Shown here: positions 36,709-45,658 of the stretch, piece by piece
Layout of the letters: each line of letters opens with the position of its first letter
How positions within the stretch are numbered: the stretch's first letter is position 1
DNA from: Paludibacteraceae bacterium
GTDB lineage: Bacteria; Bacteroidota; Bacteroidia; Bacteroidales; Paludibacteraceae
DNA: 64,000 bases
Assembly: GCA_017444615.1 (NCBI GenBank)
Contig: JAFSWF010000028.1
Location: 634-64,633, forward strand
Direction of reading: 5' to 3'
The notes under the pieces: generated by a model
Seen by the model: only the letters and a program-made list of their open reading frames with translations
What the model was told of the DNA's origin: nothing
The model's database searches: none
Translations under genes and position numbers: made by a program

Positions 36709-38662
36709 TCGTATTTCCTAATTCTGTTTTTTTCTCGATATGCTCAAGGACGGCTTTGACGAAGGAGTTGGACTCAAACGAACCCCGCACTTCTTCGAAG
36801 TCCGCCTCCGCTTGTTTGCGGTCGCCGTCCACACCAAAGCCGGTATGGCTGTTGAGGTCGAACTCTTTGCGGGCGTCGTTATACACCATCTTATCCAGTT
36901 TAACCACCGACTCTTGCCACTGGGTAACTGTCTTCTTAAGTTGGAGAAGGCTCACTTCTTCTACGCTGCAACCCCATACTTGCTCGAGTTTATCGAGCGC
37001 CCAAGTCCACTCATAGGAGTAGTAGTTAGCATGGATCTCTTGCAGTCGTTTTTGGATCTGCGCCAAACTCAACTTACCGTTCTCCACCTCGTCCAACATC
37101 TGTGTTACTACGCTCAGCGGAGCAATCAGGCCTGCTAAATCCACCCACGAGCCTAAGCCTTCAGGACTATCGGGTCGCAACGCCGCACGCACGTCTTCGA
37201 TACTATCAAAAACCTTGCCATTCAAGCGACTGATGAGACTATTTCCTAAAAATTTCTGAATACCAATGGTATAAAGCTCTTTGCCGTGCAGTAGTGACGA
37301 GTTGCGGATCTTGCAATTCTTATAGCCGTAGATGTCCGTATTTTCGCCGCCTAAAGCCTGCAACTCATTCAGCACTTCGCGTCCACGCCACATTTTCTGA
37401 ACGGTGTACGGGCTCAAGAGGTTGAAGTTGATGCAGTCCAGTTTATTCGGATCCTTGCGGTTATCACGTTTCGGCCATTTCTGTGCGTCGCGGATCGTAC
37501 CTACTGTACGCAGGTTAGCGCCAGGCACCAGATAGCTCTCTGAGTTGTTCTCAATCAAGTACGAGAACGGCAACTCAGACGTGTCCGCGTGGTGGGTGTG
37601 ACGACCCATCACAAGGCTGAACGCACCTACTTTGGACGGCCATAACAAGTAACTATCGCTGGTAGTCTTCGCGCCACGCTCTGCTACGCCTTGGTGGATA
37701 GGTCCCAGTTTGTACATATGGTTCGACTGGTTGCTACCCGAACCGGCGTTCAGGAACGAGAACATACCGGCGATAAGAAGGGTACTCTTATGGTGCGTAA
37801 CGGTGTACGGGCCGGCAAAGATAGCACATGCCTCGCCGTGCATGCCTTGGCAGTTACTGAAGAAGAGACTCTCTCCGGCAGAATAGTGCTTATCGAAGAT
37901 ACAACCCTGTCCCACAAAACACTTGTCCACTAAGGTCGAATCGCCTATGCTAACGCCGGAACAGATGATGAAGTCCACGCATTTGACACCGCTACCCAAC
38001 CGAACCGGTGCGAATTGGTTGGAATTGATCGTACCGTTTTTCAAACGGCTGACACCACTCAGTTCGGCGTAGTCGCCGATGTGCACGTTCTTGATCGAAC
38101 CGCAGTTCAAAATACGCACGTTGTTGCCGATATAACCATGATCGGAAGCCTGTGCTTCGGCGTACTCATCTATCTGGCGTTCTAACTCTTGAATCATCTT
38201 CGGGCGGTGACGATAGAGTGTCAGAATATACGCCAAACTGGCACTCAACTCGTTAAAGATAGGTATCTCTCGTCCGCCGCCTTCGTTCATCACCGGCACA
38301 CGCACACCGTTGCCAAACGTTGTTTTGCCGTCCACGAGGATGGCGTTCACGTTCTCGATGCAGGTATTGTCGCCTACGTGATAGTTAGCGATGTAATTAT
38401 GGATGTTATAGAGGTGCGCATCGTTGCCTATCTCGCAGTTATGGATAGTGGCATTGTAGATACCTGAGTGGATTTTCAAGCCCCCCGGTAACGCAATTTC
38501 TTTGCCGAACACGCCTAACTGAACAAGTCCGGAGAAATTGGCTTGACGCACATATCTGGCGTCAAATCCTTCCGCCACTTCAATCAGACTCCAGTCATGC
38601 GAGGTACACCCCTGTGCCTCCAATTGCGCAATTTCTTGCGCAGTTAATTTACGAAATGCCAT
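36680..38662 (-). CDS. DUF4954 family protein (left-handed beta-helix-like)
   Basis: N-terminus FRKLTAQEIAQLEAQGCTSHDWSLIEVAEGFD matches my memory of DUF4954; 660 aa. Confidence 0.65.
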   Translation of the reverse strand: MAFRKLTAQEIAQLEAQGCTSHDWSLIEVAEGFDARYVRQANFSGLVQLGVFGKEIALPGGLKIHSGIYNATIHNCEIGNDAHLYNIHNYIANYHVGDNTCIENVNAILVDGKTTFGNGVRVPVMNEGGGREIPIFNELSASLAYILTLYRHRPKMIQELERQIDEYAEAQASDHGYIGNNVRILNCGSIKNVHIGDYAELSGVSRLKNGTINSNQFAPVRLGSGVKCVDFIICSGVSIGDSTLVDKCFVGQGCIFDKHYSAGESLFFSNCQGMHGEACAIFAGPYTVTHHKSTLLIAGMFSFLNAGSGSNQSNHMYKLGPIHQGVAERGAKTTSDSYLLWPSKVGAFSLVMGRHTHHADTSELPFSYLIENNSESYLVPGANLRTVGTIRDAQKWPKRDNRKDPNKLDCINFNLLSPYTVQKMWRGREVLNELQALGGENTDIYGYKNCKIRNSSLLHGKELYTIGIQKFLGNSLISRLNGKVFDSIEDVRAALRPDSPEGLGSWVDLAGLIAPLSVVTQMLDEVENGKLSLAQIQKRLQEIHANYYSYEWTWALDKLEQVWGCSVEEVSLLQLKKTVTQWQESVVKLDKMVYNDARKEFDLNSHTGFGVDGDRKQAEADFEEVRGSFESNSFVKAVLEHIEKKTELGNTILRQLDKLG

Positions 38663-38678
38663 GCTTCGTAATTCTTAA

Positions 38679-39803
38679 TTAGTCATTCAAGAGCATCGGC
38701 ATGAGCAGCATCAGCACATCTTCGTTCTCTTCGTTCTCAAGAGGAGCGATGAGACCTGCGCGAGAAGGATCCGCCAGTTTGAGTTGTACTTCGGTTGAAG
38801 CCACCGATGACAGCAAATCAATCAGGAACGGTGCCTTGAAACCGATAGCCATCGGCATGCCGTTGTAATCGCAAGAGATGGTCTCTTCTGCGCTCGTCGA
38901 GAAATCGATATCCTGTGCAGATATCTTAATCTGGTTCTCGCTCAACGCCAGACGTAACTGCGCGGTGCCGTTATTGGCAAACACCGCCACACGCTTGCAG
39001 GCGTTGATGATTGTTTGACGATCTACTGTTACGATATTTTGGTTAGACTGCGGAATAACGGCGTTGTAGTTCGGGTAACGACCTTCGATCTGACGGCATA
39101 CCACGATCGTGTTACCAAACTCAAAACGAGCGTTCTTAGCACCAAAAGTGACGGTTACATCGCCTTCTTCTTTCGTCAGCAAGTTCTTCAAGAGGCTTGC
39201 CGGTTTCTTCGGAAGGATGAAGTTAGCAGCGGCAGGGGCCGAAACGGAATGGTTGGTGTAACGAACCAAACGGTGTGCATCGGTGGCGACCATCGTCACT
39301 TGGTTCTCTGCGATGTCAAAGAAAATACCGTTCATCACAGGGCGCAGATCATCGTCTGCCGTGCAGAAGATGGTCTTCTCGATGGCGCTTTGCAGCACAC
39401 CTGCCGGAATAGTAACAGCCTTGGCGTCTGCTTCGGAAGCCGGCATCAACGGATACTCATTGCCGTTCACTCCCACGAACGAATAGGTACCGTTTTGGCT
39501 AACCATACTAACGGCGAAGTTATTGTCGTCAATAGTGAAAGAGAGTGGTTGCTCGCTGAACTCCTTCAGCGTCTCTAACAGCAACTTAGCAGCCGATGCC
39601 ACTTTGCCGGCACCCTCTACGTTCTCTACTTCAACCGATGTGCGGATCGTGGTCTCGCCATCAGAGGCCGTCAGTTTCAACTCATTGCCTTGCAGGTCGA
39701 ATAACACATCGTCCAAGATAGGCAACGAATTTTTGTTGTTAATCACGCGGCAAACCGCCTGTAGTTGCGAATACAATTTCGAACTTGATACATTGAATTT
39801 CAT
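38679..39803 (-). CDS. dnaN: DNA polymerase III subunit beta
   Basis: MKFNVSSSKLYSQLQAVCRVINNKNSLPILDDVLF and a three-domain clamp length. Start ATG 39803 (track 39866 rejected). Confidence 0.9.
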   Translation of the reverse strand: MKFNVSSSKLYSQLQAVCRVINNKNSLPILDDVLFDLQGNELKLTASDGETTIRTSVEVENVEGAGKVASAAKLLLETLKEFSEQPLSFTIDDNNFAVSMVSQNGTYSFVGVNGNEYPLMPASEADAKAVTIPAGVLQSAIEKTIFCTADDDLRPVMNGIFFDIAENQVTMVATDAHRLVRYTNHSVSAPAAANFILPKKPASLLKNLLTKEEGDVTVTFGAKNARFEFGNTIVVCRQIEGRYPNYNAVIPQSNQNIVTVDRQTIINACKRVAVFANNGTAQLRLALSENQIKISAQDIDFSTSAEETISCDYNGMPMAIGFKAPFLIDLLSSVASTEVQLKLADPSRAGLIAPLENEENEDVLMLLMPMLLND

Positions 39804-39910
39804 ATGCGTATTTTTTTTAGTTATTTTGTTCGTCTTTTTCCACCCGTTCGTGTGCCCATACGGCACTCATATATACATGCGCGTACGGGCATAGCGCACA
39901 TTTTAGCGTG

Positions 39911-39942
39911 CAAAGGTACGACTTTTTTTTTATATATGCAAG
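39911..39942 (-). promoter_or_regulatory. Bacteroidota sigma-A promoter for dnaN
   Basis: Minus strand: CTTG (39939-39942), N20, TACCTTTG (39911-39918). Confidence 0.6.
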
Positions 39943-39989
39943 TTTTTTTGTTTTTTTCTTTGAAAAAACGTACTTTTCGTGTCAAAAAA

Positions 39990-40021
39990 TTTGGATATAT
40001 GGAAATTTTTTATTATCTTTG
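39990..40021 (+). promoter_or_regulatory. Bacteroidota sigma-A promoter (divergent partner)
   Basis: TTTG (39990-39993), N20, TATCTTTG (40014-40021); ATG at 40046. Confidence 0.65.
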
Positions 40022-40045
40022 CACGATTTTTTAAGAAGAACAACT

Positions 40046-40402
40046 ATGGCAGGACGCAGGATAGCGATGACAGCCGCTTTTGAGTGGTACCGCGGTGAGT
40101 TGGATGAGGATTTATATCTTCGTACTTTGGTGAAAGACAAGCACAAAGTGCTGGCAGTTTGCAAGAAGCCCCACTATACGAAAAAGCAGCGGAAGGAAAT
40201 GGCCAAACGTCCTCAGTTCCAGCGATTTAAGGCGGTCAATGCCGAGGCTCAACGAATATATCACGACCCTGTATTGCGTGCGGAGTGGGAGGAGCGCCAT
40301 GCGGCCTTTCAGAAGAAAGCTCGTAAGTCCGGCGATTATACGTATCCGCGTCTTTGGGATTATATCCGTCACGAGTTGAATGCTGCGCTGGTAAAGGGTT
40401 AA
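40046..40402 (+). CDS. small basic hypothetical protein
   Basis: 118 aa (MAGRRIAMTAAFEWYRGELDEDLY...). Promoter at the correct distance. Track start 39908 would run through the promoter DNA. Confidence 0.55.
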   Translation: MAGRRIAMTAAFEWYRGELDEDLYLRTLVKDKHKVLAVCKKPHYTKKQRKEMAKRPQFQRFKAVNAEAQRIYHDPVLRAEWEERHAAFQKKARKSGDYTYPRLWDYIRHELNAALVKG

Positions 40403-40452
40403 AAATAGGTTCTGTTCAGTTTTTAGTAAGGTTTTGATTCACAGAATTTTCC

Positions 40453-40502
40453 TCATATGAGCTTTATATGAGGTTTAGATGAGCTATATATGAGGTATAT
40501 AG
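40453..40502. repeat. 11-nt-period tandem array x4.5 (TNATATGAGSt)
   Basis: TCATATGAGCT TTATATGAGGT TTAGATGAGCT ATATATGAGGT ATATAG. Confidence 0.8.
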
Positions 40503-40543
40503 ATTGGTTCGGTGCGGGTTCGAGGACATCAGTGTGTCATAGG

Positions 40544-40620
40544 GTAAGTGCATGGTAAGTGCAAAGTAAGCGCAAAGTAAGCGCAAAGTAAGTGCAATGT
40601 AAGTGCAATGTAAGCGCCGT
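40544..40620. repeat. 11-nt-period tandem array x7 (GTAAGYGCAAW)
   Basis: Seven contiguous units, 77 nt, intergenic upstream of the murI promoter. Confidence 0.9.
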
Positions 40621-40707
40621 ATAAAGTGGTTGACTAAACCTCATATCTGCATGCCTAAGCCATTTCGAATGCAAAATAACAAAAAATATTTCATATATGC
40701 AAATAAA

Positions 40708-40739
40708 TTTGCACAATTCAAAAAAAAGCAGTAATTTTG
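40708..40739 (+). promoter_or_regulatory. Bacteroidota sigma-A promoter for murI
   Basis: TTTG (40708-40711), N20, TAATTTTG (40732-40739). Confidence 0.65.
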
Positions 40740-40793
40740 CAGGCGGAAATGGTGAAAAGCTAAGAGAAAAAGGCAAAGAGCAAAGATAGGAAA

Positions 40794-41786
40794 ATGGCAA
40801 AGATAGGTGTTTTTGATAGTGGATACGGAGGATTGACGATTTTGAAGGAGATCCGCAAGGTGTTGCCTGAGTACGATTATCTGTACTTGGGCGATAATGC
40901 CCGTGCGCCGTATGGAACACACTCATTTGAGGTCATTTATCAGTACACACTGCAGGCGGTTAGGTACTTGTTTGAACAAGACTGCGCGCTGGTTATTCTT
41001 GCTTGTAATACCGCCTCCGCCAAAGCTCTGCGTACTATCCAACAAAAGGACTTGCATGGGCCTAACCCCAACCCTTCCCCAAAAGGAAGGGAGCCACATA
41101 ATGTACTCGGCGTTATTCGTCCTACCGTCGAAGCGGTGCCAAGTATTACGAAAAACGGCCATATAGGTATTTTAGCCACGCCTGCCACGGTCAGTTCGGA
41201 GAGTTATGTGCTGGAATTGGAGAAAATTCAAGAACACAAACCGGCTTCTTTGTCCGAGGGCACGATTAACGCTTCGCGATTTTCGCCTGACAAAATACAG
41301 CGTACAGACCGATTTACTATCACCCAACAAGCTTGTCCTATGTGGGTGCCGCTCATCGAAGCGGGTGAGCATCATAGTGCAGGTGCTAAGTATTTTGTGG
41401 GAGAGTATTTGCGGCAGATTTTCGAGAAAGATCCTGAGATAGACACGCTTGTGCTTGGTTGCACGCACTACCCGTTGCTGAAGGACGAGATTGATAAGTG
41501 GCTGGCTTATCGCCATGAGATAGAAGAATCGGAATTCCCGAATCCTATCGAAACGCCCCAAGTGACCACGATTGCGCAAGGGGAGTTAGTGGCGCATAGT
41601 TTGGCGGATTACTTGGTTCGCCACCCCGAATACAGAGAGCAACTCTCGCAAGGTGGTTCTTGCCACTATCTGACCACAGAAAATGCGGACCGCTTTTCGC
41701 AATCCGCTTCGCTTTTTATCGGTTCGCCTATTCAGGCGCAAACCATTATTTGCCAAGAGGGCCTTTTTATCCAAGAAGTTGATTGA
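40794..41786 (+). CDS. murI: glutamate racemase
   Basis: IGVFDSGYGGLT, ILACNTAS, VLGCTHYPLL. 330 aa, about 50 aa longer than the racemases I remember. Contains a hairpin element insert (PNPNPSPKGREP). Confidence 0.9.
   Translation: MAKIGVFDSGYGGLTILKEIRKVLPEYDYLYLGDNARAPYGTHSFEVIYQYTLQAVRYLFEQDCALVILACNTASAKALRTIQQKDLHGPNPNPSPKGREPHNVLGVIRPTVEAVPSITKNGHIGILATPATVSSESYVLELEKIQEHKPASLSEGTINASRFSPDKIQRTDRFTITQQACPMWVPLIEAGEHHSAGAKYFVGEYLRQIFEKDPEIDTLVLGCTHYPLLKDEIDKWLAYRHEIEESEFPNPIETPQVTTIAQGELVAHSLADYLVRHPEYREQLSQGGSCHYLTTENADRFSQSASLFIGSPIQAQTIICQEGLFIQEVD
41060..41094. repeat. GC-rich hairpin mini-element, in frame in murI
   Basis: GCCTAACCCCAACCCTTCCCCAAAAGGAAGGGAG. Stem CCCTTCC/GGAAGGG. 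Read as PNPNPSPKGRE. Confidence 0.8.
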
Positions 41787-42207
41787 AAGAAGGGATAACC
41801 GTTGAGAACTCGCATCCCGTAGGTGTTATTGCGGCTACAATCGATTGCGGTCCGTTGTGTAAGAGCAAAAAAGGCACCTCTAACCGGCGGTTATAAATCA
41901 ACGCTTGGTCAAGCGTTTTTTGTGTAAGTGGGACCGTCTCTGCTTTGCATTCAATGAGCATTAGAGGTTGGAGGTCCGCGTTATACACCACGGCATCAGC
42001 ACGGAGGCGCCTACCCCCATCCCCTCCTTGAAGGGAAGGGAGTTGAAACGCCACTTCTACGGCGATGAGTGATGTAGGATAACCTAATTGCTCCACCAAA
42101 CGGTGAAGCAATTGTTGGCGCACCCACTCTTCGGGAGTCAATCGCACCCATTTATGCCGCCATTCGCAGAAGATCTGCTCTTTATTTTGGTTTATGCGTG
42201 TGCGCAT
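41767..42207 (-). CDS. HsdR_N-like PD-(D/E)xK nuclease-fold protein
   Basis: 146 aa. The E...D...IECK arrangement is typical of type I restriction enzyme R N-terminal-domain proteins. Hairpin element insert (SLQGGDGGR). 20-nt convergent overlap with murI. Confidence 0.55.
   Translation of the reverse strand: MRTRINQNKEQIFCEWRHKWVRLTPEEWVRQQLLHRLVEQLGYPTSLIAVEVAFQLPSLQGGDGGRRLRADAVVYNADLQPLMLIECKAETVPLTQKTLDQALIYNRRLEVPFLLLHNGPQSIVAAITPTGCEFSTVIPSFNQLLG
42009..42042. repeat. GC-rich hairpin mini-element, in frame in the HsdR_N-like gene
   Basis: GCCTACCCCCATCCCCTCCTTGAAGGGAAGGGAG. Read on the minus strand as SLQGGDGGR. Confidence 0.8.
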
Positions 42208-42236
42208 AAACGTTACATTGTTAAGCAGTTAACTTG

Positions 42237-43994
42237 TTATTTCAAGTAATTATCCTTGAGGGAGCATGTGCGGTTGAAGATGAGATGATTCGGCGTGGAG
42301 TCATCATCGACTACAAAATAGCCTTGCTTGAGGAATTGGAAGTGATCCTGCATTTTCGCCTGCGCCAAGGATGATTCTACTTTGGCGGTTACTATCTTTA
42401 GGCTATCCGGGTTGAGAAGGTCTCTGAAATCCCGTTCATCCGCACTGGGATTCTCGACTGCAAAGAGTCGGTCATAGAGACGAACCTCCGCATCCAACGC
42501 CGAGCCGCATTCTACCCAATTGATGGTAGCTTTGGTCTTACGGTTTCCGCCTTCTGTGCCCGATTTAGAGGTAGGATCGTAGGTGGCATAAACGGTTGTA
42601 ATCTTGCCCTCAGCATCCTTCTCACAGCCTGTGGCTTGGATAATATAGGAGGCTTTGAGGCGCACCTCACGCCCACCCGGGCTAAGGCGGTAGAACTTAT
42701 TATCTGCCTCTTCGAGGAAGTCTCCGCGCTCGATCCACAGTTCAGGTCCGAAAGGAATCTCGCGTGTGCCCAGTTCAGGATGTCCGTCGATGTTTTCGGC
42801 GATTAACACCTCTCTCCCGTCTCCCCCAGACCTCTCTCCTTGGGAGAGGGTTGGGGTGATGTGATAATTGGTAATCACCAGTTTGACGGGATCGAAGATG
42901 GCGCAGACACGTGGGGCGGTCTCTTTGAGGTCCTCGCGGATGGTGTGTTCCAAGAGGCCTTGGTCAATCATTCCTTCTACTTTGGTATAACCGATTTTAT
43001 CCATGAACGTACGGATGGATTGCGGCGTATAACCACGGCGACGCAGACCACAAACGGTCGGCATACGCGGATCATCCCAACCGGCTACGAGTCCTTCTTT
43101 GACGAGTTGCAACATCTTCCGCTTGGACATGACGGTATAAGTAATGTTCAGGCGGTTGAACTCCCGCTGCTTGGGTCGATAATCGGGTCCGTAAGGCGAT
43201 AAGCCGCAGAAATTCTCGCCGGTTATCTGGTCCAAGAAATAATCGTATAAGGGGCGGTGAACCTCAAACTCAAGCGTACAGATGGAATGCGTTACGCCTT
43301 CGAAATAATCGCTCTGACCATGTGCAAAATCGTACATGGGATAGACGTTCCAACGTCGTCCGGTACGATGGTGCGGATGGGCGGTGATGATACGATACAT
43401 AATCGGGTCACGGAAGTGCATGTTGGGGTTGGCCATGTCTATTTTGGCACGAAGAACCATCTTACCATCTTCTATCTCCCCGCGTTGCATAGCTTCGAAT
43501 AGACGCAAGTTCTCCTCAATCGGACGATCGCGGTAGGGGGAGTTAATGCCCGGTTCCGCAGGTGTACCTTTCTGCTCGGCGATCTGCTCCGATGTTTGTT
43601 CGTCCACATAGGCTTTGCCGGCTTTGATGAATTGGATGGCGAGGTTATAGAGTTGTTCAAAGTAATCGGAGGCATAGAAGATCTTGCCCCATTTGAAGCC
43701 TAACCATGCGATGTCGCGTTCGATGGTCTCCACATATTCGGTATCTTCCTTAGCGGGATTCGTGTCGTCAAAACGGAGGTTGCAGACACCGTTATATTTT
43801 TCGGCAATACCGAAATCCATGCAGATGGCTTTGACGTGTCCGATGTGCAGGTAACCATTCGGTTCCGGCGGGAAACGGGTTTGGATACGACCGTTATTGA
43901 CTCCTTCTGCCAGGTCTTTCTCTACTATTTGCTCGATGAAATTGAGCGATTTTTCTTCTTTGCCCTCAACGGGTGTGATTACTTCTTGTGCCAT
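42237..43994 (-). CDS. glnS: glutamine--tRNA ligase
   Basis: HIGH (PEPNGYLHIGH) and VMSKR class I signatures. Hairpin element insert (LSQGERSGGDGRE). Confidence 0.95.
   Translation of the reverse strand: MAQEVITPVEGKEEKSLNFIEQIVEKDLAEGVNNGRIQTRFPPEPNGYLHIGHVKAICMDFGIAEKYNGVCNLRFDDTNPAKEDTEYVETIERDIAWLGFKWGKIFYASDYFEQLYNLAIQFIKAGKAYVDEQTSEQIAEQKGTPAEPGINSPYRDRPIEENLRLFEAMQRGEIEDGKMVLRAKIDMANPNMHFRDPIMYRIITAHPHHRTGRRWNVYPMYDFAHGQSDYFEGVTHSICTLEFEVHRPLYDYFLDQITGENFCGLSPYGPDYRPKQREFNRLNITYTVMSKRKMLQLVKEGLVAGWDDPRMPTVCGLRRRGYTPQSIRTFMDKIGYTKVEGMIDQGLLEHTIREDLKETAPRVCAIFDPVKLVITNYHITPTLSQGERSGGDGREVLIAENIDGHPELGTREIPFGPELWIERGDFLEEADNKFYRLSPGGREVRLKASYIIQATGCEKDAEGKITTVYATYDPTSKSGTEGGNRKTKATINWVECGSALDAEVRLYDRLFAVENPSADERDFRDLLNPDSLKIVTAKVESSLAQAKMQDHFQFLKQGYFVVDDDSTPNHLIFNRTCSLKDNYLK
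42807..42858. repeat. GC-rich hairpin element (longer, composite), in frame in glnS
   Basis: CACCTCTCTCCCGTCTCCCCCAGACCTCTCTCCTTGGGAGAGGGTTGGGGTG. Stem CTCTCC-TTG-GGAGAG with outer CCCCA/TGGGG. Read as TLSQGERSGGDGRE. Confidence 0.75.
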
Positions 43995-44000
43995 ATATAC

Positions 44001-44717
44001 TTATCCTTTTACTATTCCTCTGGGAGATGATTTGATGAAATTGATGATATAATCGCGTTCCGGTGTTTGCGGTAACGTTGTTTCTATTTGCGCAAGCGCT
44101 TGGGTTGTATTGAGTCCACTGTTATAGAGGAGGCGGTACACCTCTTGGATAACATGTATTTGTTCGGGTGTAAAGCCTCGGCGGTTAAGGCCTACGGAGT
44201 TGATGCCGCAGAAGGCAATGGGGTCGCGTGCGATGATAGCATAAGGCGGGATGTCTTTGTTCACTTTCGATCCTCCTTGTACCATACAATGTCCGCCGAT
44301 ATGCGTGAATTGGTGCACCAACGAACCTCCGCCGATGATGGCATAATCATCGACCACCACCTCTCCGGCGAGTTGCGTAGCGTTGGACATAATGATATTA
44401 TTCCCCAACACACAATCATGCGCCACGTGGCAATAGGCCATGATCAGGTTGTTATTACCGATGACGGTCTTTGTTTTGGAGGCGGTGCCGCGGTGGACGG
44501 TAACGAACTCTCGCAACACACAGTTATCGCCGATGATGGTCCATGTTTCTTCGCCTTGGAACTTCAGATCCTGCGGCACTGCGCCAATGACGGCAGAAGG
44601 AAAAACATGGCAGTTATCGCCAAGAATGACATTATCGTCAATGTAAGCAAAGGCATCAATGGTGACATTCTTGCCCAGTTGAGCTTTCGGGCTCACATAT
44701 GCTAAAGGAGAAACCAT
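44001..44717 (-). CDS. lpxA: acyl-ACP--UDP-N-acetylglucosamine O-acyltransferase
   Basis: Hexapeptide-repeat beta-helix plus helical C-terminus. Position after lpxC. Confidence 0.9.
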   Translation of the reverse strand: MVSPLAYVSPKAQLGKNVTIDAFAYIDDNVILGDNCHVFPSAVIGAVPQDLKFQGEETWTIIGDNCVLREFVTVHRGTASKTKTVIGNNNLIMAYCHVAHDCVLGNNIIMSNATQLAGEVVVDDYAIIGGGSLVHQFTHIGGHCMVQGGSKVNKDIPPYAIIARDPIAFCGINSVGLNRRGFTPEQIHVIQEVYRLLYNSGLNTTQALAQIETTLPQTPERDYIINFIKSSPRGIVKG

Positions 44718-44752
44718 ATATATGTACGATTTGATGATTTACGATGTACGAT
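44718..44752. repeat. TACGATT-type array filling the lpxC-stop to lpxA-start spacer
   Basis: ATATATGTACGATTTGATGATTTACGATGTACGAT. Confidence 0.8.
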
Positions 44753-45658
44753 TTATTCGCTTAGGATTTGATTGCGCAGGCGGCGCACGCACTGGGTGTT
44801 GAAGGTATGGCCGGGTTTATAGGCCGTTATTTTCCCCTGCAGGCGTAATCCGAGCAACGACAGGTCACCGATGACGTCTAACAGTTTATGTCGCGCGGGT
44901 TCGTTGAGGTAGTTTAGTGGAGAGAGGTAACCTAATTTCTGTGCGTCCATATGCGGTTGTCCCAACTTATCGCAGAAATAATCCATTCCTTCTTGCGACA
45001 TCTCGGTTTCATAGATGACAAGGGCGTTCTTCAGGTCTCCTCCTTTGATAAGCCCCACACGTAGCAGGGGTTCTATCTCTCGGACGAAGCAGAAAGTGCG
45101 TGCGGAAGAGATCTCTTGGGGATAGGTGCTCAAATCGCGGAGCGTAGCATGTTGTTCGCGCAGGATATTCGAGTTAAACGCAATCGTCACATCTACCTCG
45201 TAATGGTCGCAGGGTTCGATACGCATCAGGTGTCCGTGCTCAGAGATATACTCAATGGGTTCTTTCACCACATAAACCTGTTGTTCCGCCTCTTGTTCTT
45301 GCAAGCCTACTCGTTGTATCTCGCGAACGAATAACCGCGCGCTGCCATCCAAAATAGGCATCTCCGGTGCATTCACATCGATGATACAATTATCCACGCC
45401 CATGGCATACAGCGCACTCAGGGAGTGCTCTACGGTAGATATTTTCCACTTACCGCGCTCCAACACCGTTCCTCGTTCTGTGCCTGCCACATAATCTGCC
45501 AATGCCTGATAACAGGGTTGTCCCGGCAGGTCAATACGACGAAGACACACACCGGTGTTTTCCGGTGCCGGATGGAAGGTGGCTGTTACTTGCAAGCCGG
45601 TATGCAAACCGATTGAAGCAAGGGTAAATGGCTCTTTGATAGTATGTTGTTTACTCAT
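44753..45658 (-). CDS. lpxC: UDP-3-O-acyl-N-acetylglucosamine deacetylase (stand-alone, no FabZ domain)
   Basis: [32 protein letters not shown]. 301 aa ending directly in a repeat spacer. Confidence 0.9.
   Translation of the reverse strand: MSKQHTIKEPFTLASIGLHTGLQVTATFHPAPENTGVCLRRIDLPGQPCYQALADYVAGTERGTVLERGKWKISTVEHSLSALYAMGVDNCIIDVNAPEMPILDGSARLFVREIQRVGLQEQEAEQQVYVVKEPIEYISEHGHLMRIEPCDHYEVDVTIAFNSNILREQHATLRDLSTYPQEISSARTFCFVREIEPLLRVGLIKGGDLKNALVIYETEMSQEGMDYFCDKLGQPHMDAQKLGYLSPLNYLNEPARHKLLDVIGDLSLLGLRLQGKITAYKPGHTFNTQCVRRLRNQILSE

Noticed and set aside
39804-40045. AT-rich 240-nt region upstream of dnaN as a replication origin
   Set aside because: It is fully explained by two divergent consensus promoters and their leaders. 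It contains no DnaA-box-like repeats.
40544-40620. Tandem arrays as a CRISPR locus
   Set aside because: Units are contiguous with no unique spacers, the periods are 7-11 nt, and there are no cas genes.
40537-40926. 129-aa and 93-aa minus-strand ORFs across the murI upstream region
   Set aside because: Their sequence (…HLHCTYFALTLRLLCTYHALTL) is simply the 11-nt tandem array read in frame, and they run through the murI promoter.
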